A stretch of DNA of 59,805 nucleotides, the filler included. It is 4 parts of 4 records of this genome, joined end to end, with 100 filler letters (N's around TTAATTAATTAA, not from the genome) between each part and the next. Parts side by side here need not be neighbours in the genome. Positions count along the whole stretch, not along the records: positions 33,390 to 54,375 come from SRR31156797_15433; 3 more parts are not named here. One strand, 5' to 3'. Below are positions 42,175 through 51,566 of the stretch, piece after piece. The notes below the pieces were generated by a model. That model was given only the letters and a program-made list of their open reading frames with translations. It did not search any database and was not told the origin of the DNA. The position numbers and the translations under genes were made by a program. Position 1 is the first letter of the stretch. Each line of letters starts with the position of its first letter.

Positions 42175-43425
42175 TTAAAATAAAGTATAACTAAATATTA
42201 ATGAATAGGCTTTATAGTTTGATTCCCATGTGAGGTAATCTCCAAGAAGCGTTCGATTCGTAAAAAACCGTGCTTCAACACCATATCTTTCTTTGAATTT
42301 GTAACCAAATCCAAATGACATATTCCTCCTGGGTTCAATTTTATATGTATTCAGTAAGGTATTATTATCTCTATAAAAGCTTATGTTCGATTTGCGAGCA
42401 TAATCAAACACATAAAAAATATTGACAAATACTTTTGAATTATCATTTAAATAAAAATAATGTCGTAATCCTATTGGAAACTCAACAGATTGATAATCTA
42501 CTTTAGTAATTAAATAACCACCAGAAATATCTTCGGATTCTCTTCTTATCTTCTTATTAAAAGATTGATAGGTTGGTTCAATAACCATGCTCCATTTGTT
42601 TTTGTAAAATGGAAAAACAAACTCTGTTTCAACTCCAATCCTAAAATTAGTCTTTGTTCCAAAATCAGTATCCCAAATCTCTGAAGATTCAAGTCCTATT
42701 TTTAAACTATTCAGATTTAACCCAGGAGTAATTGACAGATTAAACAAATCTCTTTTTACTTTTATATCATAATTTGTTATTTCGGAACTCACACAATTGT
42801 TGTATTTTAAAAACAATTTCAATAGATCTCTTTTTTTATAATCCAGATTTTCGACATCACTATTGGAAATATCCTTGCATTTAAGATTAATAAAGAGTTG
42901 CTGTCTAAAAGAATTATTTTGAGCTATAGTTTTTTCTTCGATTAAAGAAGATTTTGGACCTTGATATATGTATTTCTTATATACTAATTGTTCAATATCT
43001 GAATCTTCCAATTTAAAAAAGAATCTTAAAAAATTTGGTTCTTCATACAGATACAACGAAGCCTTTCCTTCCAAGAGAACTTTTAGTAATAATACTTCTT
43101 TACTAAACTTTGGGCTCCTGTTTTTAGTTAGATGCATTATACTATTACTTGAACGATCAATATCAACTTTTGCTTTTATGTATTTATATTTATTACCAAT
43201 CCCAAATTCTTTAATGTCCTCAATTCTTGATATTTGAACTTCACCTTCTTCACCAATTTTATATTCTATCTCTTTTGGATTATACTTCCAATCAAGGTTT
43301 TTTATTAAACATTCTGTTTTTATTCCATCATTATCAATAAAATATGCATCCTCAAATAAAATTTGAGCCTTAGAACTAAAATTGAAAATGAATAAGGTTA
43401 TAATAAATACAATTTGATTTTTCAT
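42175..43425 (-). CDS. outer-membrane beta-barrel domain protein
   Basis: Signal peptide, amphipathic strands, VEFPIGLRHYF, C-terminal YTLF. Confidence 0.7.
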   Translation of the reverse strand: MKNQIVFIITLFIFNFSSKAQILFEDAYFIDNDGIKTECLIKNLDWKYNPKEIEYKIGEEGEVQISRIEDIKEFGIGNKYKYIKAKVDIDRSSNSIMHLTKNRSPKFSKEVLLLKVLLEGKASLYLYEEPNFLRFFFKLEDSDIEQLVYKKYIYQGPKSSLIEEKTIAQNNSFRQQLFINLKCKDISNSDVENLDYKKRDLLKLFLKYNNCVSSEITNYDIKVKRDLFNLSITPGLNLNSLKIGLESSEIWDTDFGTKTNFRIGVETEFVFPFYKNKWSMVIEPTYQSFNKKIRRESEDISGGYLITKVDYQSVEFPIGLRHYFYLNDNSKVFVNIFYVFDYARKSNISFYRDNNTLLNTYKIEPRRNMSFGFGYKFKERYGVEARFFTNRTLLGDYLTWESNYKAYSLIFSYTLF

Positions 43426-43464
43426 AATTTAAAATTCAGTATTAAAACAAATAAAAGAACTCGT

Positions 43465-44190
43465 TCAATCTTTTTTTTCAGTTGCATTCATTAATTGAAT
43501 GTATTTTAAATAGGTTTCTTGGGCATGCTGAAATTCTTCACTTTTATATTGCTCCAGCAGTTCAGGATAATTAGTGAGATAGAACTCCATCTGCCTTACG
43601 TTCAACGTTTTAATCTTATTTTCTTTTTGGTCAATAACATAATAAAAACGGAAATTATTTAAATTATCTCCATTTGAAGATCCTGCAATAGCACCACTTA
43701 TAGCACCACCTATAGCACCAAACATAACACTGATAGTAACATTCGAATTTACAGATCCTGCTAACTTCCCATTTACCGATAAATAAGGTACTGATCCCAT
43801 CTGTCTTTCATTCATAACTCCAAATTGAGCAATTCCCGCCTCAAATAATAAAAAACGTCCATACTCAATAACTTTTGCATACCATGGATGACCTGTAATT
43901 AATTTACCATTTATAAATAAATCATTACCTGTAGAATATGCAAACACGTCATTCATTACTTTCTTACTTTTCAAACATTTTTTGGAAGTTGTCATTTTAT
44001 AGTCAGCACCCCCGGAAAATAGTATCTCATTTACACTCCTTTGCTCAATTGTAAATTCGCAACCTTTTGAAGGCTTTCTGTCCAATAACTCATTATAGCT
44101 CATGTAAACTCCTTTGGGAAAATCAAAGCTTTGAGCAGAAAGATTATAGGTAAAAGCGAGCAGTAGAATTATCTTTAAATAGTATTTCAT
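43465..44190 (-). CDS. exported hypothetical protein (paralog of 44207-44953)
   Basis: P.GVYM.Y..L...PSK.CEF, VFAYS.G..LFING, FGAIGGAISGAIAG. Confidence 0.8.
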   Translation of the reverse strand: MKYYLKIILLLAFTYNLSAQSFDFPKGVYMSYNELLDRKPSKGCEFTIEQRSVNEILFSGGADYKMTTSKKCLKSKKVMNDVFAYSTGNDLFINGKLITGHPWYAKVIEYGRFLLFEAGIAQFGVMNERQMGSVPYLSVNGKLAGSVNSNVTISVMFGAIGGAISGAIAGSSNGDNLNNFRFYYVIDQKENKIKTLNVRQMEFYLTNYPELLEQYKSEEFQHAQETYLKYIQLMNATEKKD

Positions 44191-44206
44191 CGAATTTATT
44201 AATTAT

Positions 44207-44953
44207 TTATTGTCTCTTTTCAGCTTCATTCATTAGCTGAATATATTTAAGATAAACATCTTTGTCATGCTTCAACTCAATTTTATTATACGCTTTTAAA
44301 AGATCTGGATAATCGGCTAAAAAATCTCTCATAGTGTTGATATCCAGCGTTTTAATTTTATTATATTTTAAATCAATCGCATAATAAAATCTTAGATTTT
44401 TAGTAAAAGCCCGGTTAACATCACCATCTGCAGCCCCTGCAATTACAGCCCCTACAACACCGAAAATTAAACCAACCGCTAAATCTTGTCCGTCATTAGG
44501 TACAGCATTAAACTTATGCTTTATAGCTTCCTTCCCATCAGCATACATATAGGGATAAGATGTTATTTGAATATCATTAAACTTCCCAAACTGTGCAAAC
44601 CCTGCTTTAAACAAAAGAAATCTTCCAAACTCTGTAACAAGAGCATAACCAGTTTTCCCTGTAATCAAACGTCCATTTATGAATAATGAATCACCATTAG
44701 AATATGCAAAAACATCATTATTTATCTTTTTACTTTTCACACAACTTTTATATGTATACATATAGTAATCGCCGCCACCTGTGAGCTTTATATCTTGAAT
44801 ACTCCTTTTTATAATATAAAACTCACATACCTTTGATGGTTTTTTAGCCACCAAATCATTATAGTTCATATAAACCCCTTGCGGATAATTTATACTTTGG
44901 GCAGACATGCTTATGGAAAAAAAGAAAAATAAAACTAAAGGTAAACCCCTCAT
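44207..44953 (-). CDS. exported hypothetical protein (paralog of 43465-44190)
   Basis: Same motifs; FGVVGAVIAGAA; YLKYIQLMN ending. Confidence 0.8.
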   Translation of the reverse strand: MRGLPLVLFFFFSISMSAQSINYPQGVYMNYNDLVAKKPSKVCEFYIIKRSIQDIKLTGGGDYYMYTYKSCVKSKKINNDVFAYSNGDSLFINGRLITGKTGYALVTEFGRFLLFKAGFAQFGKFNDIQITSYPYMYADGKEAIKHKFNAVPNDGQDLAVGLIFGVVGAVIAGAADGDVNRAFTKNLRFYYAIDLKYNKIKTLDINTMRDFLADYPDLLKAYNKIELKHDKDVYLKYIQLMNEAEKRQ

Positions 44954-45022
44954 AACAAGTTCATTTAAAATAAGAAAAGCGCTGATTAGGAACCAGCGCT
45001 TACAAAAATAACAAAATTTATC

Positions 45023-46714
45023 TTAAATTTTACTTTCAACAATTTTCATAATTTCTTCCTCCAGAGCAATGGTTTTTTGCTTAATCTCTTCTCCCTCTTT
45101 CACAATCTTTTCAGCAAAAGCTTTATCTTCCAATCCGGCTGCATTAATCTTCACATTCAAGAATGCGCCAAATACACCTGAACGAGCAGCTAAAGCACCT
45201 ACACCTGCATCAGTTACAGAGTTTGGATTACCAATTTCTGCCATGGCTTTCATTACTTCCATTGATTCATAACAAAGCTTCATGGTTTCAAAAGGCACCT
45301 CTGTGGCAAACTTTGTAGCATCTTCAATGCCTTGTTTGCGTGCAGCTTTTTCCTCATCTGATCCTTTTGGTAAGCCAAAGGCGTCCATAATGCGGTTGAA
45401 AGCTTCAGTATCTTCATCAACTTTCTTAATTAGAGCTTCCTGATAATATTTGCCTTTCTCAGCCCAATTACTAAACTCGTCCCAACGATCGTCCCAACCG
45501 CGTTTATGTGAAGAAAGGTTCGCTACCATTGTTCCCAATGCAGCTCCCATGGCTCCCATGTAGGCAGAAATTGATCCACCACCTGGTGCAGGTGATTCTG
45601 AAGCTGTTTCGTCAGCGAAACCCACCAATGTTTTATTTACTAAGGCTTTTGAATCATCATCTTCTAAAATATATTCGATAATCTTTTTCTTTGGTTCAAA
45701 TGGATAAAGCTCATCCAAGCCTAAAGATTTAACGGCAATTTTTATGATTTCACTATCTGGGATACCGGTTGAACGATTTTGCTTACGTAAATAATGTTTA
45801 CCTGCATCCAGCATAGCTTTTAAAGGCACTACACCAACTAACTCTGATCCTGTTACACGTATACCACGACTAATGGCACTTTCATCCACTGCATCAAATG
45901 CCTCGTGAATAGAAGTAACTGAGATATCTGTTAAGTTCATTGAAATTTGTGCAATTCCATACTCTTCAATGAACCAACCAATTCCACGAACTTTTTTTAA
46001 TTTACCCGGAATACGCACATCATTTCCGTTTTCATCTTTTACTTTCTTTCCTGTTACAGGATCACCTTCACGTTTTACACGACCAGCTTCACGCACGTCA
46101 AAAGCAATTGCATTAGCACGACGTACTGATGTTGTATTTAAGTTTACATTATATGCCACTAAGAAATTACGTGCACCAACTGCAGTAACTCCAGACTTAG
46201 CAATACTTTCATTCCATTCTGCTGGTCCGAAATCCGGTTTCCATTCATCAGAAGTGATACGCTCTTTCAATGCTTCATATTCACCTTTACGGCAATTGGC
46301 TAAACTACGACGCTTTTCTTCACGTGCAGCAAATTCATATGCAAATACAGGAATACCCAATTCTTTTCCAATACGATCACCAAGTTTGTGTGCATACTCA
46401 ATCGTTTCTTCCATTGTAATATTCACAACAGGTACAAGAGGACATACGTCAGTTGCTCCAAATCGAGGATGAGCTCCTTTGTGGTTACGCATATCAATTA
46501 ATTCCTGTGCTTTTTTAATAGCTCTGAACGCAGCTTCAATAACTGGTTCAGGTTCTCCTACAAAGGTTACAACCGTGCGATTAGTTGCCTGACCCGGATC
46601 TACGTCAATTAAACGTACTCCCTTTACTGTTTCTACTTGATCTGTAATTTGCTTTATAATTTGCTCATCAACTCCTTCGCTGAAGTTTGGAACACATTCT
46701 ATTAGTTTTCTCAT
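45023..46714 (-). CDS. ftcD: glutamate formimidoyltransferase / formiminotetrahydrofolate cyclodeaminase
   Basis: ECVPNFSEG, HPRFGATDVCP, AQISMNLT, then SPAPGGGS cyclodeaminase domain. Confidence 0.95.
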   Translation of the reverse strand: MRKLIECVPNFSEGVDEQIIKQITDQVETVKGVRLIDVDPGQATNRTVVTFVGEPEPVIEAAFRAIKKAQELIDMRNHKGAHPRFGATDVCPLVPVVNITMEETIEYAHKLGDRIGKELGIPVFAYEFAAREEKRRSLANCRKGEYEALKERITSDEWKPDFGPAEWNESIAKSGVTAVGARNFLVAYNVNLNTTSVRRANAIAFDVREAGRVKREGDPVTGKKVKDENGNDVRIPGKLKKVRGIGWFIEEYGIAQISMNLTDISVTSIHEAFDAVDESAISRGIRVTGSELVGVVPLKAMLDAGKHYLRKQNRSTGIPDSEIIKIAVKSLGLDELYPFEPKKKIIEYILEDDDSKALVNKTLVGFADETASESPAPGGGSISAYMGAMGAALGTMVANLSSHKRGWDDRWDEFSNWAEKGKYYQEALIKKVDEDTEAFNRIMDAFGLPKGSDEEKAARKQGIEDATKFATEVPFETMKLCYESMEVMKAMAEIGNPNSVTDAGVGALAARSGVFGAFLNVKINAAGLEDKAFAEKIVKEGEEIKQKTIALEEEIMKIVESKI

Positions 46715-46720
46715 ATTATT

Positions 46721-46760
46721 AGATTTTAGATATTAGATTTTGGATTTTGGATATTAGATA
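46721..46760. repeat. heptamer tandem repeat (RGATWTT)
   Basis: AGATTTT AGATATT AGATTTT GGATTTT GGATATT between hutI and ftcD. Confidence 0.75.
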
Positions 46761-46771
46761 ACAAATAAATT

Positions 46772-48016
46772 TTACTCCAGCGTTATCAAATCACCATTCA
46801 ACATTACCTGATCAATTAAATGACTAGTATAGGCATATGGTAAATATTCAATACTTGGTATTGGTTTCGTAATAATTAAGTTAGCTCTTTTGCCTCTGCA
46901 TATTGAACCTAACTCATCTGAAAGACCCATGGCATAGGCTGAATTTAAAGTAGTTGCATTAATTACCTCTTCAGGTGTCATTTTATAATTGATGCAGCCC
47001 AATGACATTATAAATTTCATATTTCCAGATGGTGATGAGCCAGGATTGTAATCTGATGCCAGTGCTAATGGCAAGCCTGCATTCATCATTTCACGCACTG
47101 GTGATAATTTCATGTTCAAGAAAAAAGCTGCCCCGGGTAATACAGTTGGCATAGTTTCACTACCACTCAATGCCTCAATTTCCTCAGGCCCAACAAACTC
47201 CAAATGATCAACCGATAGTGCATTATACTTTACTCCTACCTGAATACCACCACTGTAATCCAATTCATTGGCATGAATTTTTCCGCGCAAACCATATTTC
47301 ATACCTGCCATTAAGATACGCTCAGTATCTTCAACGGTGAAGAAACCTTTATCGCAGAACACATCTATATAGTCGGCCAAATCCTCAGCAGCCACGGCTG
47401 GAATCATTTCGTTGATTACTTTATCCACAAACTCTGTTTGATTATCACGGTATTCCATTGGTATAGAATGTGCGCCAAGGAAAGTTGATTTAATGGTAAT
47501 AGGTGTGGTTTCCCTCAAACGTTTGATGACGCGCAACATTTTTATTTCATTCTCAGTATCAAGCCCATACCCAGACTTAATTTCAACAGCTCCAGTTCCA
47601 AAACCAATAATCTCATGAATACGCATCAAAGCTTGCTCGTACAAATCATCTTCGCTGGTTTCGGCCAGTAATTTCGATGAATTCAAAATACCCCCTCCAC
47701 GCTTTGCAATTTCTTCGTATGACAACCCACGAATTTTATCGCCATATTCAATCTCACGGCTACCGGCATAAACCAAATGCGTATGGGAATCACAAAAAGC
47801 GGGCATTACCATACGACCATCCACATCAACTTCATGCGCCTCATCGGGTTCAGGACAATTATCCATTGAACCAAAATCTTTAATGCAGCCATCTTCAACC
47901 ATTAGCCATGCATTTTCTATGGAGGGTAGTTCAGCCATTTCTTTTCCGGCTACCCATTTACGTGGTGATTCTTCTGTCTGAACCAGTTTCTTGATATTTT
48001 TTATGAGTGTTACCAT
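46772..48016 (-). CDS. hutI: imidazolonepropionase
   Basis: DSHTHLV, EIKSGYGL, TFLGAH, HANEL, SVDHLE, ASDYNPGS. Confidence 0.96.
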   Translation of the reverse strand: MVTLIKNIKKLVQTEESPRKWVAGKEMAELPSIENAWLMVEDGCIKDFGSMDNCPEPDEAHEVDVDGRMVMPAFCDSHTHLVYAGSREIEYGDKIRGLSYEEIAKRGGGILNSSKLLAETSEDDLYEQALMRIHEIIGFGTGAVEIKSGYGLDTENEIKMLRVIKRLRETTPITIKSTFLGAHSIPMEYRDNQTEFVDKVINEMIPAVAAEDLADYIDVFCDKGFFTVEDTERILMAGMKYGLRGKIHANELDYSGGIQVGVKYNALSVDHLEFVGPEEIEALSGSETMPTVLPGAAFFLNMKLSPVREMMNAGLPLALASDYNPGSSPSGNMKFIMSLGCINYKMTPEEVINATTLNSAYAMGLSDELGSICRGKRANLIITKPIPSIEYLPYAYTSHLIDQVMLNGDLITLE

Positions 48017-48033
48017 AACGGGTTATTTTATAC

Positions 48034-48183
48034 ATATTCGCTTTTAGATAAATAATCGCTAACGATTTTCTTCTTTTACCCCAAACCCTAAAGGGTGGAA
48101 GAAAATCAATCACTTCCGCCAGCTGGCGGATAAATGATTGATTTTCAATTAAAAGTTCAGAAATCATATCTAAAAGCGAATAT
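48034..48183. mobile_element. 150-bp MITE-like element with perfect 17-bp terminal inverted repeats
   Basis: ATATTCGCTTTTAGATA (48034-48050) / TATCTAAAAGCGAATAT (48167-48183); internal hairpin GAAAATCAATCA..CCGCCAGCTGGCGG..TGATTGATTTTC. Confidence 0.7.
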
Positions 48184-48271
48184 ACGTTTAATTCATTATC
48201 CGAATAATTATTCTATTTTTGAGAATACGAAATTAGCAAATTAAGAATGTTTTAGAAAGATTTTTCGCCTT

Positions 48272-49624
48272 ATGCGTATAAAAACATACACTATTTTTCT
48301 ATTAAGCTTTATTCTAGCAGTTACCAGCGCTTTTTCACAAGAGAAAAAAAAAGATACCGTTAAAACAGGATTAAACCTTGGAGCGCTGCCTACAATTACT
48401 TATGATTCTGATTTTGGCCTCCAATATGGTGCTATGGTGAACTTTTATTTTTATGGCGATGGCTCAACTTATCCTGAATACCGGCATAGTATTTACACTG
48501 AAATCAGTCGTTTTACCAAAGGAAGCGGTATCAATAGGCTTTTTTATGATTCAAAATATCTTATCCCGGGAATTAGATTAACAGCTGATGTGAGCTACCT
48601 CACAGAGAAAGCTTTACCTTTTTATGGATTTAATGGTGCAGAAGCTGTTTATAATAAAGATTGGGAAGATGATAAAGCTGATGAATACATTTCAAGGGTA
48701 TTTTACCGCCACGAACGCGAACTTTTCCGCTTTAAGACCGACTTTCAGGGCAAATTACCTTTTAAAAACTTCGGTTGGATATTGGGATACGAAGGTTACA
48801 ATTTTGAAATTGGAAGTGTTGATATTGATCAGTTAAATAAAGGAAAAAGTGGCAACAATGAATTGCCGGATACTGCCGGATTATATGACCTATTCGTAAA
48901 TTGGGGCATCATCGATGAAAATGAAAAAGATGGCGGAACACATCACTATTTTAAAGCCGGAATTGTGTATGATACGCGTGATAATGAGCCCAATCCCATG
49001 AGTGGCATGTGGACAGAATTTGTAATACAAGGGGCACCCGAATTTGTTGATAATAAAAACTTCGGCCATGCAAAAATATCCCTCACACATAGACAATACT
49101 TTACCCTGATTCCTAAAGACTTATCATTAGCTTATCGTCTTCAATACCAAACCACACAGGGTAGCACACCTTTTTATCTTTATCCTTTAATTACAACCTC
49201 ATTTCTGAAAGGGGCCAATAGTGAAGGGCTCGGAGGAGCTAAAACAGTTCGTGGCGTACTCAGAAACCGCTTAGTCGGAAAAGGTATGGCATATGGAAAC
49301 CTGGAGTTACGCTGGAAATTTCACCGATTTAGGTTATTCAATCAAAACTTTTACCTGGGAGCCAATGTATTTGGCGATGTGGGAATAGTCACTGAAAAAA
49401 TAGAATTCGACCGAGACGAAGCCATTGCTAATGCTACTGCAGACAATCCTAACTTTGATGCAGACAGTTTTTTTGACACTGGTGAAAAACCACACTTTGG
49501 ATTCGGATCAGGTTTGCGCGCAGTAATGAATCAGAACTTCGTTATAGCTTTTGATGCTGCTCACAGCCTCGATCCGCAAGACGGTGGATTGGGAATTTAT
49601 ATTGGGCTGAATTATTTGTTTTGA
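48272..49624 (+). CDS. Omp85/BamA-family outer membrane barrel without POTRA domains
   Basis: YDSDFG, YDTRDNE.NP..G, LGG..TVRG, C-terminal GLNYLF. Confidence 0.85.
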   Translation: MRIKTYTIFLLSFILAVTSAFSQEKKKDTVKTGLNLGALPTITYDSDFGLQYGAMVNFYFYGDGSTYPEYRHSIYTEISRFTKGSGINRLFYDSKYLIPGIRLTADVSYLTEKALPFYGFNGAEAVYNKDWEDDKADEYISRVFYRHERELFRFKTDFQGKLPFKNFGWILGYEGYNFEIGSVDIDQLNKGKSGNNELPDTAGLYDLFVNWGIIDENEKDGGTHHYFKAGIVYDTRDNEPNPMSGMWTEFVIQGAPEFVDNKNFGHAKISLTHRQYFTLIPKDLSLAYRLQYQTTQGSTPFYLYPLITTSFLKGANSEGLGGAKTVRGVLRNRLVGKGMAYGNLELRWKFHRFRLFNQNFYLGANVFGDVGIVTEKIEFDRDEAIANATADNPNFDADSFFDTGEKPHFGFGSGLRAVMNQNFVIAFDAAHSLDPQDGGLGIYIGLNYLF

Positions 49625-49626
49625 AT

Positions 49627-49668
49627 AGATGTAAGATCTTGGATCTTGGATCTTGGATATTAGATATT
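49627..49668. repeat. heptamer tandem repeat (RGATHTT)
   Basis: AGATGTA AGATCTT GGATCTT GGATCTT GGATATT AGATATT. Confidence 0.75.
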
Positions 49669-49751
49669 AGTTAAATAATCCAACTTCAAATCATAATTAT
49701 CTAATGTAGTTTTCTACCACCAAAAACAAACTAAAGCTAAACTAAAAAAAC

Positions 49752-50576
49752 TTAGTAGGGTGCATTATTTCGAGGCTTGCCAAATATATATTTAATTCCA
49801 AAATTCAATATCAGAGAATTAAAAAGTGGATGCATATCTGAAGATGAACTGTTATAGTCTTTTTGAGAAAAATCGAAAGAGTTATTATTTAGCTTATTAT
49901 AAAAACTAAAGGAATACCCTATCGTTCCTGTAACTCTGAGACGCTTCTTGCTTTCAATATGAATAAATGGATCAATCACAACACCTACAATATTTTTACG
50001 CCTAATATCTTCATCTATAGTCGTTTGCAAACCATAATCATCAACAAGATATTCATGATTGTATGCAGGGTAATACACGACATTTGATCTCAATCCAAAA
50101 CCGACATTAAAATTTCCGGATGTATTTTTTCCGAAGAAAAACTGGTTATAAATTTTCATATAACTTGTGAGGTATTTAACTGTATCAATACCTCCCATCA
50201 TTGCTGATATTTTACGACTGTGATTACCTTTACAATGGGCATAACCTATTCCACCTAAAGTCTCAAAATACAAATCATTTGATTTTTTAAAGTAACCAAA
50301 TCCCCCTTCAATTAGGGCAGCCTCATTATATCCATTAACTAACCAATGGTCTTCATACCGAACATATCCATTTGCAAAGAGGAAGTTTTTACTACTGTAT
50401 GCAAATGAACTTTGCAATTGCAATTTTTGGGTATTAACCATCCCAGTCAATTGAACATCCTTTTCTTCCTCAAAGAAAGATACATTTACAGCATTATTTA
50501 AATATGTATGATAATTACAGGATAAAAATAACGTTGAAAAAAATAACAATACAAGAAGTTTAACTCTGTTTGTCAT
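49752..50576 (-). CDS. putative lipoprotein, beta-strand rich (paralog of 50629-51459)
   Basis: Lipobox FLSC; shared NV.F.EEE, DHWL..GY.E, GLR.N.VYYP, DPFIH.E..KRLR. Confidence 0.75.
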   Translation of the reverse strand: MTNRVKLLVLLFFSTLFLSCNYHTYLNNAVNVSFFEEEKDVQLTGMVNTQKLQLQSSFAYSSKNFLFANGYVRYEDHWLVNGYNEAALIEGGFGYFKKSNDLYFETLGGIGYAHCKGNHSRKISAMMGGIDTVKYLTSYMKIYNQFFFGKNTSGNFNVGFGLRSNVVYYPAYNHEYLVDDYGLQTTIDEDIRRKNIVGVVIDPFIHIESKKRLRVTGTIGYSFSFYNKLNNNSFDFSQKDYNSSSSDMHPLFNSLILNFGIKYIFGKPRNNAPY

Positions 50577-50628
50577 AGTTCTTTTTTATGTATTGAGCAT
50601 ATGTCTTTGTAATTAATATCCGGAATCA

Positions 50629-51459
50629 TCAAAGCGTACTTTTTTCACCTCCAAAAACAAACTTAACGCCCAATTTAAACATTATTCGATTGTATTTGGG
50701 GTGTGTGTTTTCGCTATTCCATTGATATTTATATCTACCCGGAAACTCAGGTTTATAACTATCCAGTTTGTTGAAAAAATCAAAAGAATAACCAATATCT
50801 GCCATTAACCTTAACCTTTTGTTTCCTTCCACATGAATGAAAGGATCGAGAATTAATCCTACTACATTCTTTTGTCTAAATTCATCATCAGCTAATATTT
50901 CATAGTCACTTTCATAATAGAAATCTGAGAAGATATCATAATCATATACCGGATAATACACCAAATTTGTGCGCAATCCAATCCCTACTTTTCCTTCTTT
51001 AAAGGACTTACCATAAAAAACTTGTCCAAATGCTTTACCGTAATTGGCAATGTATGCCACATCTTCTCCTTCAAAGCTCATGGAACCTAAACCTCTGGAC
51101 ATATTTGCCTGATTTATTGCGTACCCAAAACCTCCTTGTAACTCTATATATTGACTATTGAAGTTTCTATAATAACCAAAACCGGCTTCAGCTAAAATCC
51201 CTTCATGATAGCCTGACTCTAACCAGTGATCAAGGAACCTCCAATAGCCAGCTGCAGTTATAAAATATTTATCATTTAAAGCATACGAACCACTCACATT
51301 CATTTTTTGAGTAGTTACCATTCCATTTACCTGAGCTTGATTTTCTTCTTCAATAAAAGGAACATTCACACGATTTTGTATGTAAGTATTGTAAGTGCAG
51401 GCATTAAAAATCATCAACAAAATAATTCCGATAGAAAATAATTTCATTAAATATCTCAT
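50629..51459 (-). CDS. putative lipoprotein, beta-strand rich (paralog of 49752-50576)
   Basis: Lipobox FNAC; same shared motifs. Confidence 0.75.
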   Translation of the reverse strand: MRYLMKLFSIGIILLMIFNACTYNTYIQNRVNVPFIEEENQAQVNGMVTTQKMNVSGSYALNDKYFITAAGYWRFLDHWLESGYHEGILAEAGFGYYRNFNSQYIELQGGFGYAINQANMSRGLGSMSFEGEDVAYIANYGKAFGQVFYGKSFKEGKVGIGLRTNLVYYPVYDYDIFSDFYYESDYEILADDEFRQKNVVGLILDPFIHVEGNKRLRLMADIGYSFDFFNKLDSYKPEFPGRYKYQWNSENTHPKYNRIMFKLGVKFVFGGEKSTL

Positions 51460-51566
51460 AGCTTAGTTGTTTATGCTTTCAGTATAAAAATAAAATTTTT
51501 CAGTTAAAATTGAAACCTCTAACCGATTTACTCAATTAACCTAATTACTCAATCAACTCATAACTA

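Noticed and set aside
45023-46714. Eukaryote-like bifunctional FTCD
   Set aside because: Common in Bacteroidota histidine utilisation loci.
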